64,000 nucleotides of DNA, from assembly GCA_014381555.1 (NCBI GenBank), contig JACNLO010000051.1:8915-72914 (forward strand), read 5' to 3'. A model generated the notes under the pieces. That model was not told the origin of the DNA, made no database searches, and saw only the letters and a list, made by a program, of their open reading frames with translations. Below are positions 60,086 to 64,000 of this stretch, one piece after another (position 1 is the first letter of the stretch; each line of letters begins with the position of its first letter). Origin of the DNA: Planctomycetota bacterium. GTDB lineage: Bacteria; Planctomycetota; Phycisphaerae; Phycisphaerales; SM1A02. The translations under genes were made by a program, and so were the position numbers.

Positions 60086-62868
60086 TGTCTTCCTTGTACA
60101 TTATTGATGGGCACGCACAATTTTTTCGTGCGTATTATGCAATTCGAACACCTATGACTACCCCAGTATCTGGTGACCCAACCAATATGGTGTATGGATT
60201 CACTTCAATGTTATTGAAGTTACTTCGCGAAGAAAAACCTGAACATATTGTCGTTGTAATTGATGTTGCAAGTGATGAAGAGACATTTCGAAGTGAACTT
60301 GATCCAGAATATAAGTCCAACAGGGAAGAGGCACCAGATGATTTTGGAGACCAAGTAGATAAGTGTCTCGATATTCTTGAGTCTCTCGATATTCCTGTCT
60401 ACGGAGAGCCAATCGTTGAAGCAGACGATGTGATTGCGTCACTTGTAAAAAGAATGCGTCGGGAACAACCCGACCTTGATATTAAAATTATCTCTCGAGA
60501 TAAAGATCTTTCACAGCTTATTGATGATCATGTCGAATTGTTTGATGCTCATAAGGGTCAAGCTGTTTTTCCCGACGATGTGTTTAAAACTCCCGGAATG
60601 GGTGTACCGCCATCTAAGGTTGCTGATATTCTTGCAATGATGGGGGACGCAAGTGACAACATACGTGGTGTGCCGGGGATTGGTCCTAAGACTGCTGCGA
60701 AGTTAATTATGGAGTTTGGGTCAATTGAGGGTGTGTATGAACAGATCGATCAAATCAAAGGAAAGCGTAAAGAGAATCTGCTCGCAAGCCGGGACATTCT
60801 AAAATTAAGTAGGCAGTTAGTAGAATTGAAAGATGATGTTGAATTTGATTTTGATTTGAAAGATGCTGTGTTTAACCCTAAGAGTTGGAATGTCAAAAAA
60901 ATAATTTCATTATTTAAAGAGTATGGTTTCAACCGTTTTCCTGAAGACGTTATGCAACTTGCAAAGAGTGGTGATGCAGAAGAAACCCCACCAAAAACGA
61001 AATCAACAATTGTTGGCGGTTTATTTGATATGGGTCCAGATCGTACTCATCCAGCATATAGCGCTGGATATGTACTAGTTGATACAAAGAACAAACTTGA
61101 TGAACTTATAAAGAAATGCGAAAAAGCAAAGATAATTGCAATCGATACTGAGACCACAGGTCTAAACCCTATGACTGCGAAGCTTTGTGGTATTTCAATA
61201 TCACTAGGCAAAGGCAATGGCTCTTACATTCCAACTAAGTGCCAAGAAAATCATCTTTCACAAGAAGAAGTCATAGAATCTCTACGAGGGGTATTAGAGA
61301 ACAAGGACATCGAAAAAATTGGGCACAATATTAAGTATGACTTAGTTGTTCTGGAGAATGCTGGAGTCAAGGTGCAAGGCCAACTCCATGACACACTTAT
61401 TGCTGCATGGATTCTGGATGCTTCTAGATCTGGTTATTCAATGGATGCAGTTGCCCTTGGAATGCTTGATTACGAATGTATTTCCATTAAAGAATTAATT
61501 GGATCTGGCAAAAATCAAATTACGTTCGATGAAGTGCCCCTCATTGATGCGTGCCCATATGCAGCAGAAGATGTTGACATAACGTTTCAGCTCTGGAATG
61601 TTCTTGAACTACAACTCGAAGGAGAGTTATGGAAGTTGTACGAAGAAATAGAAATACCACTTGTGAGAGTCCTCGCTTCGATGAGAGTTGCGGGTATAAG
61701 GTTAGACCCAGGTGAACTTCAGAGTCAAAGAGAAATTATTTCAGCCCGTATTGATGAACTTAAAGCAGAAATCGAGGAAGTTGCTCCATATTCATTTAAT
61801 CCCGATTCTCCTAAGCAACTGTCCGAAGTGTTATTTAACGAATCGCCCGGTCTTGGTATTAAGCCGATAAAGAAAGGCAAATCATTTCATTCAACTAATG
61901 TCGAAGTGCTCGAAAAGTTAGCGAGTGATCCAGACATCGAGACAAAATTGCCAACGCTAATCCTTGAATATAGAAAGTTAACAAAGTTAGTGAATACATA
62001 TTTGGTTTCACTCATTGAAATGATTAATCCTAAAACGGGGAGAATTCATGCTTCGTTCAATCAAACAGGAACTTCAACTGGTCGTTTAAGTAGTAGTGAC
62101 CCAAACTTGCAGAACATACCAATTCGTTCTGAAATTGGTAGAGTAATTCGCAAAGCGTTTATCCCCGAGAAGAAGAACGTTTTTGTATCGGCAGATTATT
62201 CACAAGTCGAGTTGCGTATGCTTGCCCATTTAAGTGGAGACGAAGCGTTGTTGCAAGCATTTCGAGATGGTCAAGATATTCACAAAGCAGTGGCATCAGA
62301 AGTATTTGGAACTGCAATTGGTGAAGTATCCGATGAACAACGCTCAGCAGCAAAGGCGGTGAACTTTGGAATCGTGTATGGAATTACGCAGTGGGGACTA
62401 TCAAGGCAACTGAATTGCACACCAGACAGAGCAATGCAAATCATAGACGAATACAAGGCAAGGTTTACTGGAATCGATACTTTTTTAGAAGCTTGTGTGA
62501 AGAAAGCACAAGAGTTTGATTATGTCGAAACAATAAAACACAGACGTAGACTAATTCGAGGAATTCATGCTACGAATCAACAGCAACGAGCACTTGCAGA
62601 GAGAGTTGCAATTAATAGTGTTGTACAGGGGAGTGCTGCTGATTTAATAAAGGTAGCGATGAATAATGTGCACCAACGACTTTCAGATGACTTTCCAGAT
62701 GCTCGCTTATTAATGCAGATTCACGATGAACTCGTTGTTGAAACAGCAGAAGATGATGCTGAACAAGTTCGTGATTTGCTCGTGGATGTGATGGAGTCCG
62801 CGATGGAACTCGACGTTCCAATTGTTGCAGATGCAGCAATCGGCTCAAACTGGTTCGAGTGTAAATAA
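60085..62868 (+). CDS. polA: DNA polymerase I
   Basis: 927 aa with a 5'-3' exonuclease domain, 3'-5' exo motif IAIDTETTGL, and pol motifs DYSQVELR, RSAAKAVNFGIVYG and QIHDE. Confidence 0.97.
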   Translation: MSSLYIIDGHAQFFRAYYAIRTPMTTPVSGDPTNMVYGFTSMLLKLLREEKPEHIVVVIDVASDEETFRSELDPEYKSNREEAPDDFGDQVDKCLDILESLDIPVYGEPIVEADDVIASLVKRMRREQPDLDIKIISRDKDLSQLIDDHVELFDAHKGQAVFPDDVFKTPGMGVPPSKVADILAMMGDASDNIRGVPGIGPKTAAKLIMEFGSIEGVYEQIDQIKGKRKENLLASRDILKLSRQLVELKDDVEFDFDLKDAVFNPKSWNVKKIISLFKEYGFNRFPEDVMQLAKSGDAEETPPKTKSTIVGGLFDMGPDRTHPAYSAGYVLVDTKNKLDELIKKCEKAKIIAIDTETTGLNPMTAKLCGISISLGKGNGSYIPTKCQENHLSQEEVIESLRGVLENKDIEKIGHNIKYDLVVLENAGVKVQGQLHDTLIAAWILDASRSGYSMDAVALGMLDYECISIKELIGSGKNQITFDEVPLIDACPYAAEDVDITFQLWNVLELQLEGELWKLYEEIEIPLVRVLASMRVAGIRLDPGELQSQREIISARIDELKAEIEEVAPYSFNPDSPKQLSEVLFNESPGLGIKPIKKGKSFHSTNVEVLEKLASDPDIETKLPTLILEYRKLTKLVNTYLVSLIEMINPKTGRIHASFNQTGTSTGRLSSSDPNLQNIPIRSEIGRVIRKAFIPEKKNVFVSADYSQVELRMLAHLSGDEALLQAFRDGQDIHKAVASEVFGTAIGEVSDEQRSAAKAVNFGIVYGITQWGLSRQLNCTPDRAMQIIDEYKARFTGIDTFLEACVKKAQEFDYVETIKHRRRLIRGIHATNQQQRALAERVAINSVVQGSAADLIKVAMNNVHQRLSDDFPDARLLMQIHDELVVETAEDDAEQVRDLLVDVMESAMELDVPIVADAAIGSNWFECK

Positions 62869-62890
62869 ACTATCCCGCGGGTCGTTTATT
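62864..62890. repeat. second copy (inverted orientation) of the 27-nt AATAAAC-loop-GTTTATT hairpin motif, overlapping the polA stop codon
   Basis: AATAAACTATCCCGCGGGTCGTTTATT is the reverse complement of 26358-26384 with one mismatch. Confidence 0.6.
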
Positions 62891-62929
62891 CCTCTGTCAC
62901 AGTGCAAACATACTTAACAGTTCGCTAAT

Positions 62930-62977
62930 GGGACACCCATGATTCCACCGCAATCGGTGGAATTGGATTGATGTCCC
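62930..62977. other. extended imperfect hairpin (about 18 bp paired)
   Basis: GGGACA/TGTCCC outer stem, CCA/TGG middle, and ATTCCACCG-CAAT-CGGTGGAAT inner 9-bp stem with a tetraloop. No U-run follows on either strand. Confidence 0.5.
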
Positions 62978-63010
62978 CACAGCAAGGAAGTTCTGTCGCA
63001 TGAGTTAAAA

Positions 63011-63040
63011 GAAAAGACCCGATGCTTTGCATCGGGTCTT
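63011..63040 (-). terminator. duplicated copy of the tRNA-Asp terminator (repeat unit 1, perfect stem)
   Basis: Same hairpin, with the wobble position converted to a Watson-Crick pair. Confidence 0.6.
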
Positions 63041-63178
63041 AATCTTATTCTGAAAGCGAGGCGGACGGGACTCGACACTTTTCTCCTGCCATCAGCAGGA
63101 GAAAACTGCGAAAGCCCCAGAGTGGCAAAGCCACTCGCGTGTGACTTGTCACACGCAGTTCGTCTCGCGAGAGGAATA

Positions 63179-63208
63179 GAAAAGACCCGATGCTTTGCAC
63201 CGGGTCTT
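63179..63208 (-). terminator. duplicated copy of the tRNA-Asp terminator (repeat unit 2)
   Basis: Identical to 63347-63376. Confidence 0.6.
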
Positions 63209-63346
63209 AATCTTATTCTGAAAGCGAGGCGGACGGGACTCGACACTTTTCTCCTGCCATCAGCAGGAGAAAACTGCGAAAGCCCCAGAGTGGCAAAGCC
63301 ACTCGCGTGTGACTTGTCACACGCAGTTCGTCTCGCGAGAGGAATA

Positions 63347-63376
63347 GAAAAGACCCGATGCTTTGCACCGGGTCTT
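63347..63376 (-). terminator. rho-independent terminator of tRNA-Asp
   Basis: Minus strand reads GACCCGGTGC-AAA-GCATCGGGTC (10-bp stem with one G.U pair) followed by TTTTC. Confidence 0.75.
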
Positions 63377-63392
63377 AATCTTATTCTGAAAG

Positions 63393-63466
63393 CGAGGCGG
63401 ACGGGACTCGAACCCGCAACAACCGGCTCGACAGGCCGGTACTCTAACCAATTGAGCTACCGCCCC
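63393..63466 (-). tRNA. tRNA-Asp (anticodon GUC), no encoded CCA
   Basis: Hand-folded cloverleaf of 74 nt:
- Acceptor stem GGGGCGG/CCGCCTC (one G.U pair).
- D stem GCTC/GAGT.
- Anticodon stem CCGGC/GCCGG with loop CTGTCGA.
- T arm GCGGG-TTCGAGT-CCCGT.
- Discriminator G. Confidence 0.93.
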
Positions 63467-63480
63467 AACTGGGAAAGGGG

Positions 63481-63508
63481 ATTTTAGCATGCTTGAGTAA
63501 CTGGTCAA
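63481..63508 (-). promoter_or_regulatory. candidate sigma70-type promoter of tRNA-Asp
   Basis: Minus strand reads TTGACC-N16-TAAAAT, ending 14 nt before the mature tRNA 5' end. Confidence 0.45.
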
Positions 63509-63622
63509 GGGGTAATAGAAGATGAATTAATCGTCTATATTTTTTCATTAATATCCAAATTAAATGTATCAACTGCAATAGTAACAGTATGTACTCGTTT
63601 TACATTAGTGCAGGGACGGAAC

Positions 63623-64000
63623 ATGCTTTTTCAAATAGTCATATCTCTCCTCCTAACCTTGGCGGGCAACGCGCTCGCCGAGGTTATTTATGTCGATGCA
63701 GACCGAGGTGGATGGAAAACTACTTATTCGACTTTGCATGATGCTTTAAAAGCCGCAAAAAAGGGTGACGAAATTTGGGTCGCAAATGGAACATACAAAA
63801 CGAACGGTTCATCGTTTCAGATGGTTGATGGAGTCAATATTATTGGTGGTTTTTCAGGGAACGAACGTTCAAAAAATAGCAGTGACCCTGATCGCAATGC
63901 CACAATTCTCGATGGCGAAGGCAAGACCGACCACGTCGTCATTGGGGCAAATGATGCCTCATTAACTGGCTTTACTATTACTGGAGGTAATGCTCGTCGT
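63623..64000 (+). CDS. secreted protein, N-terminal part, probable right-handed beta-helix (pectin-lyase-like) fold; continues past the window
   Basis: The ATG opens a frame with no stop up to the window end. It has a signal peptide MLFQIVISLLLTLAGNALA. The segment IYVDA..G....STLHDALKAAKKGDEIWVANGTY is typical of beta-helix surface proteins. Confidence 0.62.
   Translation, partial: MLFQIVISLLLTLAGNALAEVIYVDADRGGWKTTYSTLHDALKAAKKGDEIWVANGTYKTNGSSFQMVDGVNIIGGFSGNERSKNSSDPDRNATILDGEGKTDHVVIGANDASLTGFTITGGNARR

Larger units (their letters stand above)
63011..63411. repeat. tandem direct repeat, 168-bp period, two full copies plus a 65-nt partial copy that merges into tRNA-Asp
   Basis: Copies start at 63011, 63179 and 63347. 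Copies 1 and 2 differ at a single base (63032 T versus 63200 C). Every copy carries the terminator plus the tRNA 3' fragment, and the two full copies also carry a 103-nt palindromic module. Confidence 0.95.

Noticed and set aside
63076-63178. The palindromic module read as a degenerate D-arm-less tRNA. The idea was that GGGGC pairs with the retained acceptor 3' strand and the 11-bp hairpin sits in the anticodon-arm position.
   Set aside because: No T-stem 5' strand is present and only 5 acceptor pairs are possible. A GGGGC pentamer in 100 nt is not statistically meaningful.
62869-63392. Integrated genomic island or prophage at the 3' end of tRNA-Asp.
   Set aside because: Only 524 bp of non-coding DNA separate the tRNA from the core gene polA. 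There is no integrase, excisionase or cargo gene, so at most a scar or miniature element is present.
63011-63411. Possible CRISPR array, because of regularly spaced repeats.
   Set aside because: The sequences between the 65-nt repeats are identical to each other rather than unique spacers. The period is 168 bp, the repeat is a tRNA 3' end plus terminator, and no cas genes are present.
62914-63487. ORFs of 110 aa (minus strand) and 121 aa (plus strand) with internally repeated peptide sequence.
   Set aside because: They run through the 168-bp tandem DNA repeat, the terminator hairpins and the tRNA itself. The peptide repetition is a by-product of the DNA repeat, and there is no ribosome-binding site or coding-like composition.

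Overview
The window is a densely packed stretch of bacterial chromosome with about 55 protein genes, short intergenic gaps and many 1-7 nt overlaps. Almost all of it is core housekeeping.

Gene content by function:
- DNA repair and replication: uvrB, topA, polA, and an RNase HII-type gene.
- Translation and tRNA modification: fusA, prmC, hpf, mnmA, miaA.
- Purine, riboflavin and isoprenoid synthesis: purD (partial), purN, ribD, dxs, ispA, ispG.
- Central carbon metabolism: pgk, rpe, fbaB, gpsA.
- Lipid and envelope: plsC, accD, lnt, sppA, mreBCD.
- A PTS-Ntr remnant: hpf-ptsN-ptsH.
- A PutA-type proline utilisation enzyme.
- Transporters: a CPA2 antiporter, a TauE family protein, a P1B ATPase, and an ABC/GldG/DUF4340 operon.

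Lineage is an inference only. A prepilin-type HX9DG/DUF1559-like protein, a prenyltransferase-repeat/DUF4159 fusion, the GldG/DUF4340 operon and the HEAT lipoprotein point to the PVC superphylum (Planctomycetota or relatives). Composition looks AT-leaning by eye; I did not compute it.

The only RNA gene I can support is tRNA-Asp(GUC). I see no CRISPR array, transposase, integrase, phage gene or recognisable defence gene, and I could not identify a convincing novel multi-gene system.

The most unusual feature is the 524-bp non-coding tract between polA and tRNA-Asp:
- It holds about 2.4 near-identical tandem copies of a 168-bp unit.
- Each unit repeats the last 19 nt of the tRNA plus its trailer and intrinsic terminator.
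- Each of the two full units also carries a 103-nt module built from three perfect palindromes.

Secondary oddities are at the protein-domain level:
- A GspG-like domain inserted in a TraB/GumN protein, next to an ExbB gene with no ExbD.
- An MreC-like coiled-coil paralog upstream of mreBCD.
- A CPG-motif P1B ATPase.
- A GAF/degenerate-H-box/REC regulator.
- A lysine-rich N-terminal tail on TopA.

All functional calls come from motif recognition by eye. No database searches were run.
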